Assembly: GCA_030704615.1 (NCBI GenBank) | Contig: CM060734.1 | Location: 28,706,001-28,770,000, forward strand | Direction of reading: 5' to 3' | Source: Takakia lepidozioides | Lineage: Eukaryota; Plantae; Bryophyta | Length of the DNA: 64,000 bases | Shown: positions 51,701 to 64,000 of the stretch, in pieces | How positions within the stretch are numbered: position 1 is the first letter of the stretch | Layout of the letters: every line of letters begins with the position of its first letter | Translations under genes and position numbers: made by a program | Notes under the pieces: model-generated | The model's database searches: none | Seen by the model: the letters and a program-made list of their open reading frames with translations, nothing else | Told to the model about the DNA's origin: nothing

Positions 51701-54666
51701 CGTTGGATTTACGATCCGGATATCACCAGTTGCCGATCAAGGAGGCGGATAAGCAAAAGACGGCATTCTGGGGGATCAATGAGCACGGGAAGGATTGCCT
51801 ATACCAGTGGCGGTTCTTACCATTTGGGCTTAAAAACGCTCCCGTTGAGTTTCAAAGAGTCATGGACAGGATTCTAGCAGGGGTGGAGTTTGCTCGGTGC
51901 TACATAGATGACATCATCATCTTTAGTGCTACGGTGGAGGAGCATGAGAGACACCTTCAGGGGGTATTTGAGTGCTTAAGGACGCACGGATTGAAGTTAC
52001 ATCCGGGCAAGTGCAAGTTTTTCCACAACCAGATTGAGTATCTGGGTCACATGATATATCCTGGAGGATTGGGGGTACAGCAGACTAAGGTAGAGTCCAT
52101 TGCACAGGTTCCACGCCCCACGGATGTGAGCCGAGTTCGAGCTTTCATGAGGTTAGCAAACTATTACAGACGGTTTGTTAAGGGATTCAGTGCCATTGCA
52201 AAGGCTCTAACCAAGCTGACCAAGGTGGACCAGGAGTGGCAGTGGGAAGATGAGCAAGAACAAGCTTTTCAAGAGCTCAAGGCGAGGTTAACCTCGGCGC
52301 CCATCTTGAGACGACCTATCAGGGGGCATCCTTTTCAGCTGCATACAGATTGGAGCATGCTGGGGCTTGGAGCGGTGCTCACACAGGTGGATGATGAGGG
52401 AAGAGAGTTCGTAGTGGCTTATGCTAGCCGCTCGAACAATGCTGCAGAGTCTAAGTATAGCTCATATCAGGGAGAATGCTTAGCTGCAGTGTGGGCCGTG
52501 GCACACTTCAGGTGCTATCTATATGGCAATCTCTTCACCCTTGTCACGGATCACCAACCACTCAAGTGGTTGATGGAGTCAGACAAGCTTACGGGGAAGC
52601 TTGCACGGTGGGCACTCATCCTTCAAGAGTATGACTTCCAGGTGGTGCATCGACCGTGTTTGGTCAATCGCAATGCAGATGGGTTGAGTCGCAATCCATG
52701 CACGAGCCAGCAGGATGACACTGGAGCTCGGTGGCATGGTGAGACGGACGAGGAGATGGTGCCCGGATGGCATGCATCTGCATTTCTGTGTATTTTGGCA
52801 GCGGAAGGCCAGGTTGGACCTGCAACAGGGATGACTATAGATCAAGTGTCTGAGGACCCTGAGGCCAGCAATGAGCAAGGTGGCACCAAAGATATACATG
52901 AGGATTCAGTTGTGTTGGACTACCTCCGCACTGGAGACACGACAGCCACTATGACTGCCAAGGAGAGGGATCAGATCCTACAACGAGCCAAGAGGTTCAA
53001 GTGGGAGGGGACACACCTGCTCCGAGTGTGGGAGGATGGTCGAGTGAGGATTGTGCCTCACCCAACACAGCGGGCACGGTTAGTGCGCCATGCCCATGAG
53101 GAGTTGGGGCATTTTGGGGTGCGACGCACTCATAGTCTACTGCAGGGGCAGTATTGGTGGCGTGGTATGCACACAGAGGTGCAACAATTTGTGGCTAGGT
53201 GCATGGTGTGTGACAGGGTGCGTGCTTCATTCAACGCCCCTACTTCACAATTGCACCCTCTTCCGATCATGGGATTGGGCTACAGATGGAGTCTTGACTT
53301 CGCAGGACCGTTGCCACTGACCATGCGCCACAACAAGTACGTGTTGGTGATGGTGGAGCACTTCTCCAAGTGGATTGAATTGGTTCCATTGCCTGATAAG
53401 GCTAGTGAGGGAGCTGCGTATGCATTCCTGGATTGTGTGCTTAGCCAATTGGTGCTCCAGCTGAGGTACTCACGGACCAAGGGAGAGAGTTCTTGGGGGA
53501 GTTTCAGGCTTTGTGTGACAAGGCCTTGATAGACCACCGCACCACTTCTCGGGATCATCCTGAGGCCGATGGCTTGGCAGAGAGAGTTGTTCAGACAGTA
53601 AAGAGGGGTTTGCGCAAGTATGGCTTGCAGAAGGGACACCTAGGAGATTGGGACCTTCAGTTACCCTGGTTAGCCATGGGCTACAGGTTCAGCAAGCAAG
53701 CATCACTTGCCTCCTTCTCACCATACTTTCTTCTCTTTGGCCGAGAGCCGGATTTGCCTACATCCATTCGCAGAGAAGCTGCTACAGTTCTTAACCTTGA
53801 CGATCCGGACGCGTGGGCACGTGCATGTGAGCAGCGTGCAGAGTTGTTCAAGAGAGTCATGCCCATGGCTTTCGAGAACCTTGCCATTGCACAACAGGTA
53901 TGCTACCATACGTGGTGGGGGCTATCGTCCTGGGGTTCGGAGATTCAACCCTGGTGACTATGTCTATCTGCAGCAGACTGCTCCTACGACCCTGGATGTG
54001 ACTGCAGGACGTGTTATTTTGAGGGTTCGAGAGGTCTTGCCCTCAGGCGTCTTGGTCTTGGAGGGTCGGGATGGCATAACTTGGAAGGACCATGTGCGTA
54101 ATTGTGCGTCATGTCACCTTCCGAATGTCGATGGCAGGATTGACCCAAACCTGGTAGTGATATCTGCAGGTTTGAGGTGCATGTTGTGTGGGTCTGCTAA
54201 AGGGGCAGCCACCATGCTGGTGTGCGATCGATGCTCTAGAGGTTGGCATATGGGATGCTTGACTCCACCTCTTGAGATGGTTCCGGATGGGGATTGGTTA
54301 TGTCCACATTGCATTGGATAGTGGGAGTGGATACAACCATGGAAGGCTAACAAGAAACGCAAGGCCCAGCTACTAGGAGACCTTGAACACACGAGGTCCT
54401 GGCTCAAGTTCACAGATTGCAAGATGGCGACTAACGATGGGGCTATTCTTGTACCCGGCCTCTTGGTCTATAGAGTTTGAGTACAATAGGGACAGTGATA
54501 GAGGACTTAGTACGGTTGTGGCTATTACATCTTGTAGCTATCTGGAGGTAGAGGGACCTATCCACCAGCTAGGGGGGCGCTTGTGGCAGACTACTTTATT
54601 GTGCATATATGTGTGGTGTGGTTTGGACAGCGATGTAGTTGTGTAGCGATATGTATGCGCACGACA
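48744..54666 (+). mobile_element. DNMT-Gypsy copy 2, 5'-truncated (begins at the position equivalent to 13322), ends in a single B repeat (54582-54666) followed by GTTC
   Basis: Highly similar to 13322-19258; extra stops at ~49618, 50026 and 50473; same TAG-CAA-CCA at 51199; PHD at the end. Confidence 0.95.
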
Positions 54667-57600
54667 GTTCTTTCACCTTGTCAAGGTGGTGCACTTCGGA
54701 TTCATCTGCTTCATCTGTATTCTCTGAACTTTTTGCGGACTCGTCCCCATCTCCAGATCCTTTCCCCTCTGATCCTGTAGGCTTCGACCTCACAGTTTTC
54801 TGCACGATGCCATTCAGTTCTGACTGAGTGATTTGCAAATAGTGAATGGCGGTAACGACCATCACTCTGTCTCAAGGAAACTCACCATGAATGGTGTGAA
54901 AGAATTCAGCACAATCTACACAAGCAAAGCTGAGACTGCCGTATTCAAAACAAAAGCGAGAGCGATAGCGAACGGCGTTAACGACAATCACAAAAGATAA
55001 CGACCTGCCGGATCGGTGTTGTGTAATGACATACATGTGCAACTGATTGGCGGCAACGACATTCAGTGTAGTTTAGGGCGGATAGTAAGTGCAGACTCTC
55101 TCTTCAAACACATAGGTACATAAATCTCATGAGGAGAATCGAATGGCGTTAACGACACTCGCAATTCAGTAGTTCCTGCTAAAGAAGGGAAGATGAAGGA
55201 CTCCTTGAAAGGCAATCAGACAGACTGTATGATCTGAACACCAGTGAATGACTGTACCGATAGTCACCAACTCATTGTGCTGTAAACCCTTCGCAGAGAA
55301 GTAGAAAGCAAATCACCTTTGTGATGGTCGGTAGCGACAATCCCTGTCTGGGACATTCCACTCAATCTCTATGCATATCTTCAACAATGAAATGTAAGTT
55401 AGATAAAAATTACTGGCACATTCTTAGGTTTTGAAATTTGATCCCCTTCTGCAGCTTTCCTCTTCCCTCTCACATCTGCTCGAATTTCTGTCTGCGCTAG
55501 GGTTTCTTGACCTTCTCCCGGTTCGGCGTTCCGCGTGCTTCCACCTCCTTCAGTGTCCCTGCGAATCATCTCTGCCTCCACAGGCTGGCGCACTCTTATC
55601 GCCGACTGTGTCACAGCCGCTGCCTCAGTCTCCGTCTGCTCTTGTGAATCAGTCTCCGCGTTCACCTGCTGCCTTGGCCCTGTGTTCTCCAACAAACGAC
55701 GCCTCGTCATTTTCTCTCTTGCTCTGCGTCTCTGTCTAAGGGAAGTAAAATAAAGAGACTTTCTTCTCTTTCGTATTCTAGAAGGAACCCTCTCCAGCTT
55801 GACTACCACTCTCCTTCTAAGAGCGAAAAGTAGAAAAACGCAGTGACTCCCGATTTCTTCCGGGATTGCCTGCGTTCTTGCGTGTCTCTAGAAGCATCAG
55901 ATTCCCTCCCGCATGACCGTTACACATAGTCGTTCCCTTATTAGTGCACATGCCAGCAATTGGTGTACAGCTGTTCGTATTCAGTTATGGATGTCTGACG
56001 TGTGTCGCCCAAAAAAAACGGCGTGTTCTTTATTAGAACGGTTTCAATATTTAAAAATAACAGCGAATCCCAGAAATTTTGGCGCAGTCTTACACAAATA
56101 AATGTAAATGAACGAGAGATTGATGACAAATTGGAATATCATACACGGTCATCCTTGTTAGCCAAACCCCACATTCGTTTCACATTTGGAACTTTCCAGG
56201 TGCGCATGATCATTGGTAGTAGTATATAGATACATTTACTTAATCTGCAATCCCATTCTCAGATCCTGTGGCATGCTTCCAGGAAGTCGGCTTTGTTTTT
56301 GGGTTTATTGATGAGGTTCTGGTTAACGGTTTTACAACTGCCGACACTGCACCTAGGGATACTCTGACCACTGGGCCCACAAGAAAAGTAATTAAAATGG
56401 ACGGCTGCATATCTGGAAAGAATAACATAATATGCACAGTCGTTATCTGAGCTTCCTCCGCCATATTCTCTGCTCATTCTTCAACTGTGTTCTGGAAACA
56501 TCAGTAAACCGATTTACACTAGATCTGCGATAGCAAGGTACAAACGTACGCGAGGAAGGAAGATGGCTTCCTCTGAAGCGGAGTTCTTCTCTGACGACAA
56601 ACCAGTGCCGTTCTCCCAGGAAGTCCTTGACAATGGATTTGCAATTGTTCTGGAACATGTCTTGGCTACCCGTTTTCAGCTGCAGAATGGCTCCATCTTT
56701 TTGGAGAAAGAGGTGTACGATCTTAAAGGGAAGTTGGTGAAATATTCTTTCCAAAACCATGATGAGACGGCTCATATCAGCCAGTGGAGAGTGCGTCCTG
56801 GTCAATACAGAGTACTTGGAGAGCCTCGGCGAAAGTCCCTTGGGTCATATGTGACGCCCGGGACTGCTGCTTCGGTCGTTGAAGACAAGAGGGAGGTGGT
56901 GGTGAAAAAAGAACAGACGTCCTCCACTCCAATCGTTGAGCTTTCGGATTCTTCCGATGATGACATAAGTGAAATTCCAAATCCAGTCCTTCCTACTGTG
57001 GTTGGAGAAGTTGATGAAGAAGAGATTTGTAGTGTCATTCCAAAATTGCGGGCGATGGGAGGAATGGCTGGATTCAAAAGTGAGTTGCGGGGAATTGATT
57101 GGGAATCTTTGAAGCAGGTGCCTGTGAAGTTCTTGCCGGAGACTTTTGATGGCGATATCCTATTCGAGCTGCCTCCTCCTCCGCGAGTTGGAGGTGTAAC
57201 AATCATGATGCATGGAATGGACAAGAAACACGACGGGCACCCGTGGTGCAGAACAAAAACATCCAATATTCAGAATGATGACAAGCTTGTTTTCAGGAGG
57301 ACAGTTTGCAATGGACACCTTAGGTGTGATAATTTGAATTGCAGACACTTTCTTCAGTCTGGGGTTCATAATCAAAGCGAATGGGAGGGTCTGGCGGAAA
57401 ATCCATTTCAGCTTGGGACTGCCCCTCCACCGACAAACACTTTCGTCTGCAAATTCTGCAAACTTGTGCCATCCTGTTTATCCTGTTTGGCGCTCTGCGG
57501 AGCAAGAATGTACTATGTTGTCCACCGTTTGAATACAATGACGAGAGCTTGTGTGCATTTTGGATTCCATAACCATCCTGTCTCGAAGGGGGATTACAGG

Positions 57601-60600
57601 GAGAGTGTTGAGACAGTATCGAGGTTGATCAAACAGGAGTTCGGGAGAAACCCATCCGCAACAACATCTGCAATTGCTCTTGGCGCAAGCAAGTCCTTCT
57701 TGGAAAGCCATATTTTGATTGAAGGAGATTCTGTGGGGACTAAACTTGACGGTGCAGCATTGGACCTGGGATCATTTCTCCACTTTAAGTTCACCTAACA
57801 TTCGGCATCAGATCAATGCATTGAGAATGGGCTCTGGGATCAGAGGCTACATAGACAATATTTTGGAATTGAAACGAGTGAGCAAGTACGATTACATCCA
57901 GGACAATGTATTCCCAGGTCAAGGTGCCATCAAAGTTTTTCTTTTCAAAATGTCGACTGTTGGGGAGGGTAGTGGGGTTAGCCTCGTGAAGCGGATGCAG
58001 AAGACTGGGGACTTGCAGAACTGCTTTCTTATGTTTGATCATGTGAAACGAGTGAAGGATTGGACGACAATGGCTTGTCATGTCTACGATCCAGTGTACC
58101 AACGAGTTATGACAATTGCAGTTTGTGACATGCAATCCGAGGATACGGAATCCCAGAAGCTCATGTGGAATTCCCTGATACGTGTCATGGGCTGCCATGG
58201 GCTGCCATCTCCAAATTTCGCAGGTTTCATGGCGGATAGTGCTCAAGCAAATTTCAATGCTATTCGTATTGTCTTCGGATCGGGCGACCCAAAAGTGCCT
58301 ATGCCAGGAAGAGAGCGTACATGTCTATTCCATTGGACACAATCTCTGGAAAAACATACAAAGTCGGACATCAAACCAGAGATGCAGACTCAGCACCGTA
58401 AATTGTGCAAAGAGTACAAAGATGCTAGAACAATGAAGGAGGCGGACACTTTGTTCCAGACAATTCGTGCATGGTGGTTCTCTTCTGGAGCTGCATCACT
58501 TGAGAGTATGAGAGCATTGGAAGATTGGCTGGCGTTTTGGCACTTCCGGTATAGACAGTGGGGAGCAGCCATGACAATGGTACGAGGCTTCTATTTCATG
58601 CTTTATTCATACATTTGCTTTCAATATTTTTGACTCATTGCTTTCTTTATGTTGTTTCCTGTGCACTGTTCTGAAGTGTGGTTATCCTCTTTGCAGAACA
58701 TGTCCATTGAGGAAATGGCGGACATGCCATCTCGCAATTTGGCAGAAACTGTGCACAACGCATGGTTGCAGCAGTCTGGGAAACGAGGTCGGGATTTGTA
58801 TGTGGCAACAACAGATGATTTGATACGTGCCTTGCAACAACAAACCCGATACCGTGATTTCTTACGAGGTGGGGTTGGTGGCAAGGGTCCGGACAAATGG
58901 GAGTTGATGTTGCGTGCTGCAAACAGATCTGGGGATCCAATCAAGATAGCACGGGCGGTGAGCATGTATGCCCAGGGAACGCCACTTGTTTCTAGAGTTC
59001 CACATCTTGAAGGGGAGGAGAGATTCGGCTCCTGTAAGAGGAAATTGAACACTCCACCTGGTTTGGATTCAGATTCCCACAGGGCAGACTGTGATAACTT
59101 CTCGAAGCCTCGTGTTCCCCTGCATGACAGCTCCATGTCCGGAACCTCCATTGTGGAGGAACCTCCAACACGATGGCAAGCTCCAGCATCAAACAGTGCC
59201 ACTGAAATGGTGCAGGAGAGAAACAACCCCCTTGATATGCTTGAGTCCGCATGCCCCGACCACGTTTGGCACATAGAACGCACAAGTGTAGGGTCTCGTG
59301 TGAAATGTACAGCGATCAGGGCAACTAATTTCGAGAAGTGCACTTCATCTATATCCAGAGGTGGTGCCCGAACTCCTGCTCCGACTTTCACGGGCTTGAT
59401 GCGTCCATACGGTCAACCAGAAGCCAAGAACCACAAGTTCTGGTTCTGCGCAGATGATTGTGCCAGATGTGTGCATGGAACTGTGCGTCCTTCCGTAGTG
59501 ATGAAGCCAACTCCTCCAACCGTTTGGCCCGTGAAGGTGGGAACACATCTCAGCTTTCAGGAGATTGAAATGCTGGAGGAGGCAGGTTTTTCCCTTGCAA
59601 GACAACCCCAACTCCATGCATGTGCTACTACTTCTGCGTCCTCCCGGGTCGCCCCGGCAAATCCTGACTTGTGGCCAACCAAACGAGATGGAAAGCTCGT
59701 TCGGCGTTTCCCTCCAACCGCTGAACACTTTGGCAAAGTGGAGTCCGCAAGAATGCTCCAAGTTCGTGTTGGAAGCACCACGGAAGTACCCGATCCAGGA
59801 TATGGTCGGGTATTCACAATCATCACTTCCACATCTGCTGTTCATGACAGGACCTACGACATCACGGTTTCCAATTTCCCCAATTGCACATGTCCTGATT
59901 TTGTGAATATGCTATCAACCAGTTTGGGCAAGAGAGGTAAATTCATACCCTGCAAACATTTGTATTTCATATTTTTGAGGAGGATGGTTTGCGATCCCAA
60001 ACGTAACAACTTCATTCACCAGGCCACTATGAGTTTCAACGAGGTCGATACTCTTTTGCAGCGGGATACAACACATGGGTAGCATGAACTATGTAATGTG
60101 GTATGTGGATGACCATGATTTGAAATGTGTATTTCACATCAATTCGTCGGCTGTGCAATGATATGGCCTCCAACTATACGGAGTGAGCTCTGAGTGACAA
60201 CTTTTAGGTAGTGCACATTTGTCATTGCACCGTTCGAAGTCTACATGTCTTGCTGTCGCTATGCACTACAATCATCTTTTGAAGATGATCCTAACTCTCA
60301 TTGTTATTTGAGGAGGGAGGAAGATCTTCCCGTGGCAGCCTTTATGGCGCACACTTTGTGAGGACATTTTGTCGTCCTCGTAATTGTAAAAGTGAAACAA
60401 GCATTTGTAATTGCACAATGTTGGATGCTGCAATTGTAGGCCTCAATGCTCGTCTTGATTCTATTTAGGCAAGATTCCCTGCATTAATTCCACGGTCATA
60501 GGACCATCCACGGTTATAGGCGGCGCATGTTAATGGTGACGTGGCAGATGACGGACAGTGCCATGTCATCATTTACCGCCACATCAGCATGCTGACATGA

Positions 60601-60714
60601 CGCTCACGCCACGTCAGCGTGTGTGCAGGCTCACGCCACGTCAGCTGGCATGAGCGTACGCTCACGCCACGTCACTCCTGCGTGAGCGTACGCTCACGCC
60701 ATTGCGTCGTTGCT
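54667..60714. mobile_element. Mutator-like DNA transposon, copy alpha right part: 5' exons of the ParB/MTase gene (-), intergenic promoter region, transposase (+), right end
   Basis: Resumes exactly at the GTTC left at 7829-7832; subterminal GCTCACGCCACGTCA x3 at ~60601-60675; imperfect TIR. Confidence 0.82.
56563..60082 (+). pseudogene. Mutator/IS256-superfamily transposase with N-terminal GCM/WRKY-like zinc domain and C-terminal SWIM finger; intron 58580-58696; one frameshift at ~57767
   Basis: CNGHLRCDNLNC..CKFC..C..HFGFHNHP; LMFDHVK (D), FMADSAQA (D), TCLFHW (CxxH), NLAETVHN (E); NCTCPDF..PCKHL (SWIM); phase-0 GT..AG intron joins the ORFs. Confidence 0.85.
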
Positions 60715-62407
60715 ATGAGTCTGTTGGGGGTACGTGGCTTTTTAGGGGGGGCATCTTTGAGGTAGCGTTCTACCAACCAGCATATTTCGGTGGTGAAGTC
60801 TTGCTTGGGGGGTTGTAGGATGTGTGAATGGGGGTAGGAGGTAGAGTATCTGCCCCAGAGCTAGGTGAGCCTGTCCTTGGGGATGAGACCAATAAAGCGC
60901 CCCTTATGGGCATAAACATGAGAGAGACGGGGGCCAATATGAACCAGAGGGGAGGTATGATCAATGTCTTTGTCCGGGTTACATTTGGCCGTGCTTATGA
61001 GTATATTGGGGGCCGATAACGGACTATGTATGTAGCGGTTGTCAACTAGTTGTGTGGGGGATGCATGTTGGTGATGAATGTGTTGGAGGTAGTTGGTATT
61101 TGTGAGTTTGTGGAAGGCAGTGAGGAGGGAGAGGTTATGGTCAAGGTCACAATCATTGTGTGCCCCAAAGAGATCGTCCTCGATTTGCCAGGTGTTAGCG
61201 CTAGATGGGTAGCCGGCCCATTTACAATAGTAAAAGGTGTCGATACATGTGGCCCCAAATTGGTCAATTGACGTTTGGGTTTTAGTACCTAGAATAGCTT
61301 CAATGACAAAGGCATTGGGGTTGTCTGGGTCACTTGGGGGTGATAGCAGGGCAGGCGGGGGGTGAGTAGGGCTGTCCGGTGTGTCGGTGGGTGAAGGGGG
61401 ATGGTTATAGTAGATTGGGGCCTGACATGGGGAGGGTGGCTGAGAGGCTGGGTGGGAGGCGGTGTGTGTGGGAGGGTTGTAGGAGGTTTTAAGCATCTGG
61501 AGGATAGAGGCAACAGGAGCAGACCTGTATTGTGGTAACAAGTCTTGGGGTGTGTGGGGGAAATGTACGCATGGGATGTCACAGTCAAGGGTGCACGATG
61601 TGGATGGGTGACAGAATAGAGTGCGAAGATAGAGTAAGAAGCGACTTGTTTTGACTGTAGATCTTGAGTGTTTAAGGGTGAATTCCGTTGGTGATAGGAG
61701 TCAATGTCCAGTGGCTGTAGTGAGTTGAGTAAGAGTTGTGATGCGGCGGGTTTTTAAGTAAGTAAGGACGGGGATTCTTTGTTTAGGGTGAGAGATTTCA
61801 AATTGCGAAAGGAAGGGGCTGGTGAGCCAGGCGCGTTCTAGTGCAGAGGAGGTGTTAGGATAGTCAGGGAGGTCGGTTTGTATGCTGATTTTCATTTGTC
61901 GTAGAATGAGGAGAGTGCGGGCTGTAGGGGAGTGGAGGCATGCTTGTGGTACCTATAAAGCCAATAAGGAGTACAACCCGTTGTATTTAAGGGCAAGGTG
62001 GTATGACGGAGGGTGGTGTTGCGAGTGTTTAGAGACGGAGGGAAAATGGCAGTAGCGGCCGTGTGGGCAGTGGGTAACAAGGTAGGTTTTGGGGGTGCAG
62101 TATGGGGGTGTGTGTGTGGGGTGGGCGTTGGGGAAGTGTGCTCGGAGGGTGTGGGGAGGCAGAAGAATATTGGCGTGGGTTTGGGTAGAACTGGTTTGTG
62201 TGGAGTGGGTGGGGGAGTCTGTTTTCGGGTAGGGGTTGAGTATGAGGTGGATGACATAGGGGGGAGTATTCTGGAGTAGGAGTGAGTGGACAAAGGGATG
62301 GAGTTTGCAGGGATTGTGGCGGTAGGGGCGGGATAGAAGGGTAGGGATCTTGGATGGATGTCTGCAAGCCACTGGATGTAAGGCATATTTCGTGGATGAG
62401 AGGCATG
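60715..62407 (-). mobile_element. Decayed element with a chromodomain (~61170-61313); class uncertain, possibly a non-LTR retroelement
   Basis: FVIEAILG...YYCKWAGYPSSANTWQIEDDL in ORF 60861-61541; strong C/A-rich strand skew. Confidence 0.5.
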
Positions 62408-63515
62408 TAGGGAATTCCAAAAAGGCCTTGATGTGCAATGCATCGCAATTCACTTGATCACCCCCTAAAAGTGCGCAATTCAATTGAATTGCAAGAGCAA
62501 TTCAATTGAACTAACCCTAATTTGCAATTCAATTGAATTGTCGGCACACACTATTCAATTGAATCGCTAGTTGGCAATTCAATTGAATTGTTGACTACAA
62601 TTCAATTGAATTGTAATCTATAATTTTTAACTTATTTCTGTATATAATATATATATATGTATATATTTAAATTATACATATATATATACACAGGTATAAG
62701 CTATAAATACATGTTGCCCGTCTATTCTTGCTGTCCGTCTGTCAATCCTTTGCCCGTGGTAAGGCTTGAGCCCAAGATAAGCCTAAGGGAGAGCGAGAGA
62801 GGGAGAGAGAGAGAGAGAGGAAGTCACGAAGCGCTTGTAAAAGCGGGATTGTCTCTTTTTGTGGATGTTGGTGCCAATATATGGCTATGTACTTATACCA
62901 AACATGATACCAATGTAAGAGTATCAACGTGTAAGAGTTTGATATATTAAACTTATATAGAACACACATCCCAACTTCAACATGATACCTTTGTAAGGGT
63001 ATCGAAATTTTTGATAATTCTCAAGATGAACATATTTTTTGTTTTCTTTGTCCTGGGCCAGATACTAGTGTTAGGGGACTACATGGTGATGCAGGGGAAG
63101 CCTTTCATCAATTGTCAGGTTTGATTTTGTCTGTTTTTTTCGGAGCCAGCCATGTTTCTTTTGCCAGTGAATCACATGAAGCTGCTGATCCGTCTCCGTC
63201 TCTGGCTCTCCCTTTCTCGCTGAGGCTGAGGGTGGCTTCACAACTCCACAATTTCCTCAAGGGCACAAGAAAGAGGGCCAGCAAGAATAGACGGGCAACA
63301 TGTATTTTTAGCTTATACTCTTATATGTGTATAAATATAATTTGAATATATACATGTACATATATATTATATATTATATACAAAAATAAGTTAAAAATTA
63401 TAGATTACAATTCAATTGAATCGCTAGTTGGCAATTCAATTGAATTGCGCACTTTTAGGGGGTGATCAAGTGAATTGCGATGCATTTCACATCAAGGCCT
63501 TTTTGGAATTCCCTG
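62408..63515. mobile_element. Non-autonomous foldback/MITE-type DNA transposon with long terminal inverted repeats
   Basis: AGGGAATTCCAAAAAGGCCTTGATGTG..CACCCCCTAAAAGTGCGCAATTCAATTGAATTG is mirrored at ~63430-63514; inverted AT-rich blocks further in; GGCATG flanks both ends. Confidence 0.88.
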
Positions 63516-64000
63516 GGCATGACATGGGCAGGGGAGGTGGGGGAGGGTGGAGGGGTTGGTACTGGCTGAGTGTGAGCACATGGCGGCAGTGGTAGGTGGG
63601 GGTGTGGGAAGGACGGATGTAGCAGCACGAGGGGGCGGCAGGCTGTGGTTGGCGCTCTGGCGTTGTCGGGAGGCCCACGTTTGGTGAGTGCCAGGGTAGG
63701 TAGGTTTTGGATTTGATTTTGGGGGGTAATAGCCACGGTCGATATTCCGTGTAAATGGCGGAGGCCAATGAGTGGCGGTGAACAGGCTGCGGGCGAGCCA
63801 ATCGGCGACGGGGTGCTGGACGTCCACGTGGGCAGGGGTTGGTAAGGGTTGAGGCAATGGTGGTGAGGGGGGAGGTTGAGGACTGACGGGGGGGGGGGTG
63901 GGGTTAGCAGTAGCCGGGTGGGGGCATGGGGCGTGGTTACGCCGCGTGGGCAGGGAGGTGGCAGGGTAGAAGTGGCTGTTAGGCGAGCCGTTGGGGAGTG

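Overview
Eukaryotic, transposon-dense plant nuclear DNA, probably from a non-seed land plant (inferred from the HAM-type MYST gene, the plant-mitochondrial trnS and the TE families). There is one intact host gene, a MYST histone acetyltransferase (24466-26176). The rest is nested mobile DNA. (1) A decayed Ty3/Gypsy chromovirus. (2) Three copies of an unusual Ty3/Gypsy family with a DNMT3-like C5 DNA methyltransferase between protease and RT, a UAG-CARYYA readthrough signal before RT, a PHD finger on integrase, a self-complementary (tRNA-independent) primer site supported by covariation, and split A...B-A-B terminal repeats instead of normal LTRs. (3) Pieces of two copies of a Mutator-like DNA transposon (GCM-like/DDE/SWIM transposase). 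It carries a divergently oriented, intron-containing gene fusing a ParB/Srx-like domain to a beta-class N4C/N6A methyltransferase-like domain, and the introns hold at least 11 regularly spaced ~22-26 bp palindromes resembling parS sites. (4) A LINE with an internal inversion and a mitochondrial tRNA-Ser filler. (5) A foldback/MITE element and a decayed chromodomain-bearing element. The two DNA-methyltransferase-carrying transposons are the best candidates for undescribed systems. All domain calls come from motif reading, not database searches.
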